A stretch of DNA of 56,551 nucleotides, the filler included, from Catajapyx aquilonaris (lineage: Eukaryota): NCBI GenBank assembly GCA_000934665.2. It is 3 parts of 3 records of this genome, joined end to end, with 100 filler letters (N's around TTAATTAATTAA, not from the genome) between each part and the next. Parts side by side here need not be neighbours in the genome. Positions count along the whole stretch, not along the records: positions 1 to 18,757 come from JYFJ02006617.1; 2 more parts are not named here. One strand, 5' to 3'. Shown piece after piece: positions 1 to 12,718 of the stretch. The number at the start of each line of letters is the position of its first letter. The stretch's first letter is position 1. A program made the translations under genes and the position numbers. The notes under the pieces were generated by a model that worked only from the letters and a program-made list of their open reading frames with translations, ran no database searches and was not told the origin of the DNA.

Positions 1-896
1 AGTATTTAAGCAAAGGGTCTAAGATTAGCAATAATATACTATGGGATACCATAATATTATGCAACACAATGCGAAGAAATCATCGCATAGGATTACTAAT
101 CTTGGTGAGCAATCTAGTATTTCCTGTAACGTCTTTACCCCTTCATATATTTCATGTACTGTTTATGACTCAAACGAGTAGGATGATCATGTGTGTATAT
201 CATGCATGTTTGTGTATGCCTACTGTGGATGGTGGATCCACGGAAGTAGTATATAACATCACATATGTGCCTCTTTTTTTACCTGCATTTGGCTACAAAT
301 CATGTGAGACTATTGGTAATAAAAATTCACGTGCAGACACGACAGGTGCACTGTATATGATCAATCCGCACCTGAAACGCAATACAACAGTACACCTGCA
401 GCGCTCTAGTTGCAATATTTGTTTGCCACATTATCCGTTCCAGACAGGTGGAAGTCAGGTGCATCCCAGCTTTACAGGTACATGCAAAACCTTACGTTTT
501 ATTTGCTTTTGTAATGTACATTACAAAAGCAAATAAATAATATACTGATATAATATTATTATTCCTTGCATCAAAACTGCATAATTTGATGCAACTGATA
601 TATGCTTACGTAATGTAGGCTATATATGTTTATTTGATTTTGAAGAAGACTTATTAGACCTGATAGTACCGTACTGCACGTATATAAATCTAACAACAAC
701 AACAATCTCTGTATATATCTTGGTATATACACTATAAAGCAGAAAGTTTGTCTGTATGTCCGGACTACCTAACCTACTTTCGGACCACTGAGAGTGCTGA
801 AACTTGTCACACGGTCGATAAACTGACTTCATTTATCAATTCCCGTTGCAAATAATGGGTCCCCCTGCTAGTAACAATAGCAATAACAATGACACC

Positions 897-944
897 GTAG
901 TAGTAGTAGTAGTAGTAGTAGTAATAGTAGTAGTAGTAGTAGTA
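897..944. repeat. (TAG)n/(CTA)n microsatellite
   Basis: Directly visible run gtagtagtag... with one taa variant; it explains the poly-Y ORF 807..1049. Confidence 0.95.
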
Positions 945-1512
945 GGTTACATGTAACGTACTGTACACCGAGATTTTAAGATACTGTAAACCGTACACTG
1001 TACAGTATGTAAATCGCGAATAGCTAATTGCGAAATCGCGCTTTTTCAAAGAACGCTAATGCCAACCGGCGATAGCAGCTACTTTGTGTCCCAATGAGCT
1101 ATATTGAACAAACGAAAGCAGTTATCCGCAATTCAAACATGGCCGCCTAATTGACTCGTTTCGGTTAATTTGCCCGTAAAAACCTGGTTCCATTGCGTGT
1201 CCCTGCATTAATTGAGCTGCAAACGGGTTCGAATCGGACGGCCGTACAGTAGGGCTAACATTTGGGGACAAACTGAGCGGAAGTGAGTGCGTTTTGAAGG
1301 CGAGAAAAAATTATTGTGGATGGTGTGTGACCTTGCTCTTGTTTCCTAGAGATTTGATGAGTGATAATTTGCACAGGTGTGATAATTTGCACGGGAGTGA
1401 TTAGTACTTGTCCTCGGCTTTTTTTTCTTCTTCCAGATACGAGATAATTTGAAGGGGAGGTCGAGGGCATGGAGTGAGCACGATAAGTGTTGGACAGGAA
1501 CAAGCAGGAAGC

Positions 1513-4500
1513 ATGGACAAGTCGCTCTTCATTGATTTGTTCTGGGTAAGGTGAACTTGTATGGAAATTCTTGCTGTTTGCTTTTATGATGTGGTGGTTT
1601 ATGAGTCGGTTGATTGGAAATGGTGGGAGTTATGCACAATGAGGTTTAGAGACGTAAAATTGATACGTGCTATTACACAAACCCATACCGTGGCCTCGAA
1701 AAGGATGCCTGTAAAATACGTGAGAGAATAACAAATAGCAGGAAGCAGGACAAAAGGCAATGGGTACTAGAGAATACATAGAATGCAAATGATCATGTTT
1801 TTATTACCGGTACAGCTTGTATTGTGAGCCAAGACGACTTATTTTCTTTTGCTTTCAGGCATATGCTGACATAGCACAGTATGAAGCCAAGAGGACGAGA
1901 GCCATCATCAATTCGTCTCTAAAGCAATATGGTGCATTGGAATTGATTGTTGTCACATTTGTTGTTACGCTTCTTATACAGTGCATATGGAGGTTCATCT
2001 TCCAACGTGAAAGTATGTAATCTGTTTTGATAATTATTTGCATGTGTAATTAGAAAATATCCAAGGGCTTAATTGTGTATTGATGCTTTAACATAATTTT
2101 TGAATTTATTTTCATTGATTTTGATATGCAAAAAAATCACATTTTGAAATTTGTAGTGTTCTCATGGAAGTGTATATGAAGTGCTGCATGTATAATTGCT
2201 GCATAATTATTCGCATGTGTAATTAGAAAATATCTAAGTGCTGAGTTGTGTAATGATGCTTTAACATGATAATTTTAACAATATTTTTCATTGAATTCGA
2301 TATACAAATAAGGCACATTTTGACATTTGTAGTGTTCTCTTGGGTATGTGTATGAAGTACAGTATTTTAATGAATCCTTACATGTTAGTATACTTATGAG
2401 TTTGAATGTCAGTGATTTTAGTAGCAGTATTCCACATGAGTTGAGAATAATCCAGTGATTTTTATCAGTGTCACTGAAGCATATAATAAATGTTATAACT
2501 TTCATTTGTGATAGGTTTGTCTAGTCGAATGCTGAAAACCTTCTTCAAACTGGTTAAAAAGTTGCCACCAGTGAAGAACCGCATTGCAAAGGAGTTGCGG
2601 AACACAGTCAGGGTTGTGGAGGAAGAATTTGGAGTGTTTGACAGCCCGTACATTGGAACCGCCGCGAAAAAAAAAGGTAAACAAATACGTCACGGCTAAA
2701 AGGTCCATACCCATCAACTCCGGTCAATTCTTTTGGCGCCCATAGTACAAGAAACATTTTACTGAGATTTTCATATGATATCTCGCTGAGCAGTTGCAGT
2801 ATTGTCAAATGTAAAGGTTAATCATGAGATAGTAAGGAAGCTTAAGTAAGATGCTTTCAAGATGACCTAGTTGTACAATGGAATGAATCTTGTTGCTGTG
2901 CCAACTCTTAACTTGATAGGAGCTCTCGTAATCAGTAGTTTTGATGTGCTCAAGGTGATTGTCTGTCATTGTCTCCCTTGTCCCAATCCTCATCTGTCAA
3001 GTGTACTTGCTTTCATAATGTTTCCACTTAAAATAGCTGAATCAAGCAATAATTTGTTAAATAACCCCTGTTTCTTAAAAATTAGCCTGAAGTTTCTCCT
3101 TATTTAAAGGAGATAATATCATGAACATCTTAAGGATCTTCCCATGCGGAAAGAGTTTCGATGGGTTCTCTTTGTACTTGTGTAGGTTTTCTCATGGTTC
3201 GCCTGCTTAACCCTTGGATGGTGACGTGGCCACCTCTTGTGACCAGGGACACCTTTATTTGATTTTTATTTTTTATTTATTTATTTATTTTTTATTTTTT
3301 ATTGATACCCCGTGCTCGAGCCATTCGGCTCGTTTAGGGGGGTGGCATACCACCATCAGTTTTCCGTATTTTCTTCAGTCTCCGTGCAAGGACTTGTTCA
3401 GGATATAGGGTAGGGAAAGGGATTGTTGGGGAGGGGACACATGTGCAGGTGCATTGTCCTAGCCTTTTGGGCCATGTGCAGTCCCCCAGGAGGTTAGGTT
3501 GCCAGACACCTCCTTGGTGCAGGTCAGAGACCCTCCCGACGCAGGTGGAAGGAAGTTCCCCAGGCGGGGATCGAACCTGGGGCCTTTCACTCAGCAAGCC
3601 GAGACGTTACCATCTCGGCCACCACACCTCCCCCGGGACACCTTTATTTGCTATAACATTGAAAATATAGCACATTTGAGTTTCACCTTTGAGAGCGTCT
3701 TCATTTGATTCCTTCTGTGATTAATGGTGTTTAGTTTAAATTTTTTTAGCAAATAGTACAATCAGAAAAAACTCAATTATGCACCAATGCGTAGTTGGGG
3801 CCAAGGTTGCATTCCAAGAATTATTCACTCCCTGCTTTGTGGAGGGGGACCTGAGCTTATCGTGTGTGATTCCTGACCACAGCAGAAATCTAAAGTTGTT
3901 GTAAAATGAAGCCAGCCTTCCTGCCACTTCAAAAATTAGGCTCTTGAAAGGAAACGGGTCCTGCCTCGGTGACAATTTGGCCTCAACTGCACATTGGTGC
4001 ACAGTTTTTTTTATTTTTTATGGTACCATACAATTTTCTAAAAAAATGTAAACTAAATGCCATTTATCGCAGATGGATTCAAAATGCCGTATTTGTCATG
4101 TTATAACCAAAAATGTCAGCTGGTCACAAAAAGTGGCCACGTCACCGGAGGACAAACTTTCTGCACGTCACTGTTGCATGGTTAATCCCACAATCAAAAT
4201 CTATGAACAGCATAAATATTTAATAAAATGTGGGATTAAAAGGAGGATCCTAAGGCTACAGATCTATCTCGGGGTAACAATTATTAAAATTGTAATGAAA
4301 TTTAGGGCTAACATTGTTGAGGCTTTGTGCAATATTATAAGGTTAGGCTGACCTGAACTGACATTGACCTCTACTTTCAGCCCACTATGACCTGAATGCA
4401 GGGAGCCTCTCTGGCACAGTGTACAACAACGACACACATCTGACTTCCCTTATGACAGAAGTGTATGGTCTAGCTGCCTGGACGAATCCTTTGCATCCAG

Positions 4501-6750
4501 ATGTGTTTCCAGGAGTCCGCAAGATGGAAGCAGAGGTTGTGCAAATGGCCATCTCACTCTTTCACGGAGGACCTGAGTCATGTGGAACGGTGAGGCAATT
4601 TGATTACTTTCACCACGTCAGGTTTAAATGCGAACTTGTCCTGAAATTGTGTCGGTCTAATTAAATGTCCATTTTGAAGCATCTGGTATGACCACAATGC
4701 AAAGCCTAATAGCCTACCTACATACACAAGTAAATTTAAATTAATTTATTGTTCACTACATAAGCCATTAAAATGGTGAAAGGAAAGCAATAGAAGTTGT
4801 TAAAATATTATTAATGTGTTGTGTTTGGTATTATGTGTAATTTTCCAGTTTTCTTTCAATGATCTCATTTTGTACTCTGAACAAATGATGTGTCTCTTTA
4901 TACTGCTTCCTTCACTTTTCCGAACAGATGACAACTGGTGGAACAGAATCAATTTTGATGGCATGCAAGGCATACAGAGATTATGCTTTGGAGACAAAGG
5001 GTATCCGCCATCCGGAGATTGTGGCATGCATTACAGTCCATGCTGCATTTGATAAGGCCGCAGAGTATTTTGGAATGCGCATGGTACACGTACCTGTGGA
5101 CCCCGAGACTATGGGTGTGGACATACGTGCTATGAAGCGTTGCATTGGAAAGAATACCTGCATGCTGGTGGCATCCACTCCAGCCTACCCCCATGGTATT
5201 GTAGACCCCGTGGAGGAGGTAGCCAAGCTCGGAAGGAAGTATAACGTGCCGGTACATGTGGATGCCTGTCTGGGTGGATTTTTGCTCCCATTCATGGAGG
5301 AAGCTGGGTTCCCTCTGCCTCCCTTTGACTTCAGGGTTGAAGGGGTAACTAGCATCTCTGCTGATACACACAAGGTATTGGCACAAATTGTGTTAGCCTA
5401 GGAGTAATATAGAGTAATTAAGTCATTTTTCTTCTGATGTTTCTTCAACGATTTCAGTATGGGTTTGCCCCTAAAGGCTCCTCTGTAGTGATGTATTCAT
5501 GTCACAAATTACGACGGTGCCAATTCTTCCTTCATCCAAACTGGCCTGGTGGCATTTACGCTTCCCCAACAATGGGAGGGTCCAGAGCCGGAGGAATTAT
5601 CGCTGCATGCTGGGCTGCCCTCCTCTACTTTGGCCGTGAGGGATACGTCGACTCCACAAGAAAGATCATTAACGCACAGAGATACATTAGGAAGGAGTGA
5701 GTACGCTAATTTTATTTGTGGTTTTATTTTATACGCAGTGTAATATTTCTTGTTCACCTTACTCACTCTGGGTTTGTGAGTAATTAATCTAATTTTTTTT
5801 TTACAGGTTGGATAATGTGGATGGGATTTTTGTGTATGGACGGCCTGATGTCAGTGTGGTTGCTTTGGGGTCCAATGAATTCAGCATTTATAGGCTTTCA
5901 GATGGCTTGAAAGAGAAGGGATGGAATTTGAATGCTCTTCAATTTCCAGCAAGGTGAGCCATGTGAAAGAAAAAGTGTCATGTGCTGTACAGTGTGGTAT
6001 CATATTTTCTGATCGCCCTGCATATGTAGGTTTCACATATAAAATTACTTTGATGAGTTTAGGATAAGATAATTGTCAACTTGCAATACCGTATAGTCTG
6101 CTTTTTCGTCGATTGAGGGTATTGCCATACTCTTTTCTTATATTGTTATCCTTTGTTAATACCTTTTCTATTCTTCTTCCTCTTTCCTTTTTGTCCTCTT
6201 TATACTTTGAAAACTTCCTTTATAGGAAGTGAGGCAGGGTTAAAAGAGAAGCTGAGCTATAGGTTTCTAGATAAGCCTTGATGCTACAGTGAACATCTAT
6301 GGAAAAGGATCCTTTCAATTTCAATTTTTTTGTCGTGCTCTATGCTGCATACTACTTCCGTACGACCCTGTATACGTCATGGTGACTAAAGAATTAATGA
6401 AGTAAAATACACATTTCAGCATCCACATTTGCTGCACTTACATGCACACAAAGCCTGGTGTGGCCGACAGATTCATTCGTGACGTCAAAGATGTCACCGC
6501 AGAGATCATGAAGGATCCAAAGGCCAAAGCTGCTGGAGCGGTAAATTAATTTCCTCATGCTTTTCCTTTCCTCTGCCTGTGACGTCAGTCAAGAGAAAGA
6601 AAGAGATGATTGGAATATCACTTGAAATTTCAGGCTGCTGTGTATGGCATGTCTCAGAGCATTCCAGACCGATCTTTAGTTGCAGAAGTTGCTTGCATTT
6701 TCCTCGACACTTTGTACAAGACGAAACCTACTGTTCCAAGAGACGGGTAA
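1513..6750 (+). CDS. SGPL1: Sphingosine-1-phosphate lyase (PLP-dependent), multi-exon
   Basis: Exons 1513-1545, 1859-2012, 2515-2676, 4381-4589, 4928-5374, 5458-5696, 5807-5953, 6420-6540, 6634-6750, joined by GT-AG introns with compatible phases. N-terminal TM segment plus motifs [55 protein letters not shown] (PLP lysine), [10 protein letters not shown] and [13 protein letters not shown]. About 16-20 aa appear to be missing between exons 3 and 4 (see findings). Confidence 0.95.
2030..2360. repeat. Diverged ~170-bp tandem duplication in SGPL1 intron 2
   Basis: gcatgtgtaattagaaaatatc...tttgtagtgttctc...tatgaagt occurs at ~2040-2182 and again at ~2213-2358 with substitutions and indels. Confidence 0.85.
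3211..4181. mobile_element. Non-autonomous piggyBac-like element hosting a nested SINE
   Basis: Flanked by TTAA (3207-3210, 4182-4185) with CC...GG ends. Subterminal 26-bp inverted repeat gtgacgtggccacctcttgtgaccag (3221-3246) vs ctggtcacaaaaagtggccacgtcac (4120-4145), 2 mismatches, asymmetrically spaced as in piggyBac. Confidence 0.7.
3262..3634 (-). mobile_element. tRNA-derived SINE with A-rich tail and 16-bp TSD
   Basis: Minus strand starts GGGGGAGGTGTGGTGGCCGAGATGG (A box) ... GGTTCGATCCC (B box) and ends in an (AAAAT/AAAT)n tail. Exact TSD gggacacctttatttg at 3246-3261 and 3635-3650. Confidence 0.92.
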
Positions 6751-9700
6751 GTAAACATTGCCAATGTGTAATCCGAACTATCTCTAAAGCACTTTTGTTT
6801 ACTTCTTTGCAGGTAGTCGGAGTAAAAGAAAATGAATACACGTAGAAGTGATAGTTCCTTGGCTGTTCCAACTTCCGTGGTGCCATACGTCAATTCCAGT
6901 ATAATACAGGGTGAATGTTTTCATAAACGAAGTCAAAGTTAAGTTTTGCATTTACATCACATTTCAGTTTGCGTGATGCTCAAAAGTTCTTCTTTTTCAT
7001 AATTATGCACTTATTAGTTGTGATAGTGTTGTGTAATATCAATTTCTAACACCTGTGTTGCTATTTTCCGTTCACTTGTGTGGCTGCATATTTTTATTCT
7101 AGAGAGCTGCATATAGGCTGCACTTCATCGAATAGCAGGTGTCAGATTATATCATTATGCAAAAAACCAAAGCGGGTATATGGAAAGACATGAACATGAA
7201 GCAAATGATGTTATGTTATTGTTTCCCATGAACCAAAGAAATTGCAACCAAACCCGAGTTTGCGTACTTCTATGCCGATACCAAAAGCAATATTGTTACT
7301 ATCTGTAAGTATTCTATTTATTAGTGATGGGAATCAGTGTTAACAGCAATGGCATGGTTGTCATAGCCAACTTTTGTATCGACTCTGATACTTGTATTGC
7401 TAATGAAGTTATACACAAAGATCACGGCAAGTTGTTATTTTGTGAAGTTTTACAGCCCCAGCAGCGGCAGAAGTTCTCTGGTGAAAAAAGGTTTGTTTAG
7501 TTTTTCCTGTCTTGGCAACAAGATGAAAGAGTTTTGTTTGAGAAGCTCCGAAAGTCTCAGTTTCTCTCTCTTCTTGGTATCACACAAGAAAAAGTTTGCG
7601 ATACAAAGCGGAAATATTGGGAAACTTGCCCAGATATATATTGAGGAACTCTTTATGTGATTTACCAGTTTTGCAGTTTTGATCCTAAATGCTAAATCCC
7701 AGTCTTTTGTAGCATTATATTCATAATCGCATTCTTAATACCCTTTCATATTTTTCTAGAGGTACCGGTGTTATTCACAGTATTGGTGCAGTATGATTTG
7801 AGAAGAAAAGTAAGTGTCACTACTTTATCACTTCAATTCATTCAGCCACTAGTATCGGATTTGCTTCACATTGTGATGTAATTAATTTTTGACGTTGAGA
7901 TTGATATTCTGGTGGGAATTACGGTTGCCCCCAAATTGGAAGGTTATTTGACTTCTCGGAAGAAAACGTGGCAGCTGCAGAATAATGGAAACGGAAATGG
8001 CTTCCATTACTCTCTTCTTGACAGCTAGCCTGTATGCCGCTCTCTCCGGTTGTGTGAGGCTACCCCTTGGGTTCCCTACTCATTATGCATCCCTAGAGGG
8101 TTAACTTGGGAGCAAACAAGATAACAATTTAGGTTATTACTGTCCAGAATGTGGCATTGCAAAAGGTCATGTTTAGTGACTGTACTGCAAGTTTCTCATG
8201 GTCTGATGTATGGTTCTAATATTAAGTCACCGCATCATTCTTGATCCAAAATGAATTAAATGATCGATTTTATTGATGGATCACATTGAATAAGAGGCAT
8301 CGTGGGAAAGCACACTATTGATTGCATCAAGTGGAGGACAAAAGAAACTCAACACAAAGGATAAATGCACGTACTGTACGTAAGCGCCAGGTATTTCTGT
8401 CTTGAAAACCTGGAATACGCCACAGGCTTGCAAAGTTTAAACGAGTTTTTAAACTATGTTCTTAATCAAGCACAACTATACAGAGCTGTTGCAGATCTGG
8501 AAAGTTTTGTAGCTTACTGCTTGTAAATTCTGGAACGATGTTTCTCTCTGCTGTAGCCTACAGGATGTACCACAACATTTCATACAAACTTCTATTGTGA
8601 ATTCCTGGACACTATATAGAAGTACGGTAGTACACTAGTAGGTCATTATTCAGCTATAATGGGCTTCAAACACAAGTCAGTTTCTTATCACGCTGAATGA
8701 GCTAATTAATTTAATTTTTTTTGTAATTACATAATTACTCGTGCAATGTTGCAAGAAATAGTAAAAATTATTCATTAACCAGGAAGCAAAAATTTGAATT
8801 TTGTTTAACAGCTGGGCTGTTACACCATGTTACACTATGCAACAAAAATAATATTTTTTAAATGGGAATTCATCGCCATTTTCGTGTTCCTTATAACTCG
8901 TAACTTATAATATTTATTGGACCATTTGTTTTGTTTTTGACCTTCGGGCAGTCATAAAACCAAAATCTTCGAAGTAGGGAGGTCTTTCCGAATCAAGTGG
9001 GCCGAAATGTTGCTATAGACCATCTCGAATTTTTGGTGAAAGAAATTACATCTGTACACATAGCCATTATTACGCTATACATATCAAGTTTCAGCCATAT
9101 TGCGCAATACCGCGGGGAGGGAAAAATTCGCGAAATTTTGAAAAAGGCCGAAAATGAGGCCCTTTTATTTGGTGAATTTTTTTCCGGTTAGTGGAAATGG
9201 TCAAAACCCAATAAACATACTATATAGAAATAAATGAAAGAATGACGAGGAAAATGCGCCTAGATGGAATTTGTTTTCCTTTAAACTGTAACTTAGCGTA
9301 TTCCATCGGCACATGCTCAGTCACATGCGCAAATATTATTTGTACTATACACATATAGTAATATCACATCTAAATACTTATGTGCTGTATAGTAGTACAA
9401 TCATGAACTCTATAAAATCACTGTACATGCAGGATATGACCTATATGCATATGATTAAAGTCTTACGACTGCAGAATAAAGTCTTACGACTTTATTCTGC
9501 TGACATCATTCATCAATTATTTTTTCTACTTACACTTCTTTTTAAAAGCTATAATGTACGAACTATGTACCTCTGAGATAAAGTTGGTTCGTAATCATCA
9601 AGGTAAATCCCTTACGGAGAAGCTATACACCGGATTACCTAAGGCTGCTTAACCACTTAACCCGCTAGGAGCAAGTACGTTCCTAATTAATCCCTTCCTT

Positions 9701-12472
9701 TTTTATATAATAAAAGCCTAGAGACGAATAGTACGATAGGCGGAGATAGCTGGTTGGTCTAAACCCCACGCCTGCCCCGTGATTCAACCCACCCCTCCAA
9801 TAAGCCTTCCCCCCCTCACCCACCCATAAAAACCTATAGTCTTGTTCCCCCAAAAGCATCCTACGGGATATATTCCGGGAGTCACATCCAAGCAGACCGG
9901 ATCTCTAAGTGACAATCACAAGTTATACACTATTTTTAATTTTAAACAAAAATGTGTTGTGCTGTAAGGAAGTTAAAATAGTGCGGGATAGTTTGGTGAC
10001 AATTTTTGGTGAAGTTGAAGTGAAGGTGAAAATATTGTTATCAAAACTACTGGGGGAAATTTAATTTGGGTTCTCACAACCTTTTGGGCACACTATCAAT
10101 TTAAAAAAATAATAATCGATGACGTCATTGTTATCAATATAAGAGCGGGTTTTATCACCCTTTTTTTTAAAAAAAAAAAAAAAAAAAAGACGAAGTGAAA
10201 ATAGTGGCAGTGCATTTTTCAATGTCAGTTCTGAAACGACCTTCCAAACAATTTTCTGGAGCATTAGCGACTTCTCTTCAATCTTACAGTCTATCGACAA
10301 CACTTAGTCGTTTACACCTGGGAACACTTTTTCAGCACCTTTCCGCATATCACAGGGTGTGTTATAAAATTCATCCTTTCGCCCCTGAACCTAATAATAG
10401 TTTGAATTTAAATTATATGGCACTTACTGATATGAAACACCCTGTATTTTGGGTGCCTTTTTCCAATCCAATTTCCTCTCATATTCTCCCCCCAGTAGAA
10501 CTATTAATTTCTGCACTACATATAGTCCAATAATTCATACGAAAATGCGGCTCGAATCTGAAGGATCGCTGCACATTTTATTGTCCAGGGAATCAAACCA
10601 CGTAGAGTTTCCCGAAAGATATATAACACCCCAGCGTGACCCGGATATTTCGAGGGGGGGGGGGGGGGGGNGGGAAATGGCAATTTTCGAAGACATTAAA
10701 TCACGTTAATGTTCGAACCAACTTCATTTGGAGTTTGTCAGACTGACAGGTGTCGAGTTTGAAGGCATCATTCTTGGGGTATACCAACTATAGGAATTCC
10801 CCACTGGGTGCTAATAGTTCACTTGGTCAGGGTTTTGCGTTTTACTATACGCAAAAGGTTGAAGGTTAGTAAACAACAAAAATTTCTGTAGATGTCTTGC
10901 TGAGTTTGTAATGAGATTTTGGTTATGGATGTCAGTTGCACTGTGGTTTTTCTGACCGCATTGTTTGTTTGTAGGATTGAGCCGACTTTTGGCATTTATT
11001 GTAAGGCAGGTAATGCTAACCACTGAGGAATTATTACCATTGATGTTATCGTAATTTGTTGTTAAGCCCGGCCGATAAATCAGCAACAAAAACATCCTAC
11101 ACTGTTAAAGTGTTCGTTTTAGTTAAAAAAATTTAACTCGTTTTGAACCAGTTACTATTAGAAATCGCTGTTTAATTTTCGGCTAAGTGTTCGAGGCTCT
11201 AAATTGCAATTTATGTTCGAAATTACGACCTTAAGTGGCCAATTAGTACTTGACGTTTCTGTAGGATATATAACCTTAAAATACCACATACTTTACCTGA
11301 AGTTAACAGTTAATATTTACGATAAAGACTTAAAGTAACCGTTCGAGAGTAATGATATGAGAGCAACAATAAAATGGAACACAATGAAATAATTGTAATA
11401 AAAATAAATAAGCAAAAATATATACAGTTTATGTAATAAAAAATTTATGATTGATGATGAGTACAGATGAAGTGTTAAAATGTCTATTTAAATTTTTGCT
11501 AACACTATATTTTTTTCAAGCGTCAATTATTTTTTGCACATATTTTTGACACCTCAGCTAGGCCTATTGCAAATCAATAATCTATAGCGAAGTATCACTT
11601 CGGGTTAAAAAATTTTGCGCGCTTTTGCGCTCACCTTTCAAAGCGTTTCTGATAGCGAAAAAATGGAATTACGATCGTTTATCATCTCCAGCGGTTGCCA
11701 GAACTTGTGAATAAATTTGGATCTCCTCGATCCTTCCTAGTGTCATGTCGGAAACGATATTACCTACATCTTTCCCCATTTTTTTGCACACTCTGCGAAT
11801 TTTTTTTGGCCAAAAAGGCGAGCACGGACTCAGAGATCTGGTTTTAAAATGTAACGTGAGGCTTAGGTCAGTTCAAGCTTGTTAGCCAGACCTTTTGGAC
11901 CATGGAGGTTATATTGGATGCCACCAGCAGGTGTTGACCACCATAGTATACAGTACATGCTGAGATGATAGTCTGCAAACTTTCGCGGCTACAAAGTCAC
12001 GTACTCAATTTTCTGCAAAATTTGCTTGCGATGCATCCAAGCAATGTTTACAGTGTGTGCATTATGTATGTACTGTGCTAATTAAATAGTTCGCAAGTTC
12101 GGTTTTTGACATACCTTGATCTGAATTCGCTGAAAGCAACATTGATGAGCTTTAAAGCTTCTTAATTAGTAACGAGCATGATTTATTAGCGTACTGTGCG
12201 TGTCATGATCTACATGATTAAGTTACAGCATATCTAGCTGTTAAAAAGGGCTAGTTCATATCTGTGAGTAATGAGTTTTTAGGCTGGCAGTGTGTGGTGC
12301 GTATGTTACTTTATCCTTGTACAGTACAGGCTGTACAGCGTGTAATGTGACGTTGCATCATATACATACGAGAAACGTCTGAAATATTAATTAGAGCAGT
12401 TATTTATTATCGGAAGTAATGAAATTTATACTTTTACCAAATTTGACTGATGTTATAGTCAACTTGGAAAAA

Positions 12473-12718
12473 TCTATCATATTAAAATCGTATTCGTCGT
12501 GTTTGCGTAAGGCTTCTGATTGGCCCGCTATATATTGTTAGGGCGAAGCTTCCGATTGGTCCCCGTCCTGCGTCTGCGCAATGGGGGGAGGAACTCTTCA
12601 GTTGCTTGCTGACTGGCGGAGAGTAAACATTCGGGATCGTCTCTCCCAACATCTCAACATCAACTCTTCCCCATCCTCTACTGGCCTCTACCGGCGAGCG
12701 AAGCGAGGACTTTTCTAG
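12473..12718 (+). mobile_element. Candidate non-autonomous Helitron (~246 bp)
   Basis: A|TCTATCATATTAAAA... 5' end and ...GCGAGCGAAGCGAGGACTTTTCTAG|T 3' end: TC...CTAG inserted between A and T with no TSD. The GC-rich subterminal motif forms only an imperfect hairpin. Confidence 0.55.

Noticed and set aside
69..536. 155-aa ORF at the window start
   Set aside because: No recognisable motif or splice context; AT-rich and likely a chance ORF.
807..1049. Poly-tyrosine ORF
   Set aside because: Translation of the (TAG)n microsatellite.
1215..1250. GGTTCGAATC B-box-like motif
   Set aside because: No A box or cloverleaf upstream; not a tRNA.
3556..3634. Possible tRNA gene on the minus strand
   Set aside because: Acceptor and anticodon stems are poor and it continues into a body, A-rich tail and TSD; it is a SINE head.
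9657..11608. TTAA-CCC...GGG-TTAA as one piggyBac element
   Set aside because: The two ends share only about 4 inverted bases, so they cannot be paired confidently.
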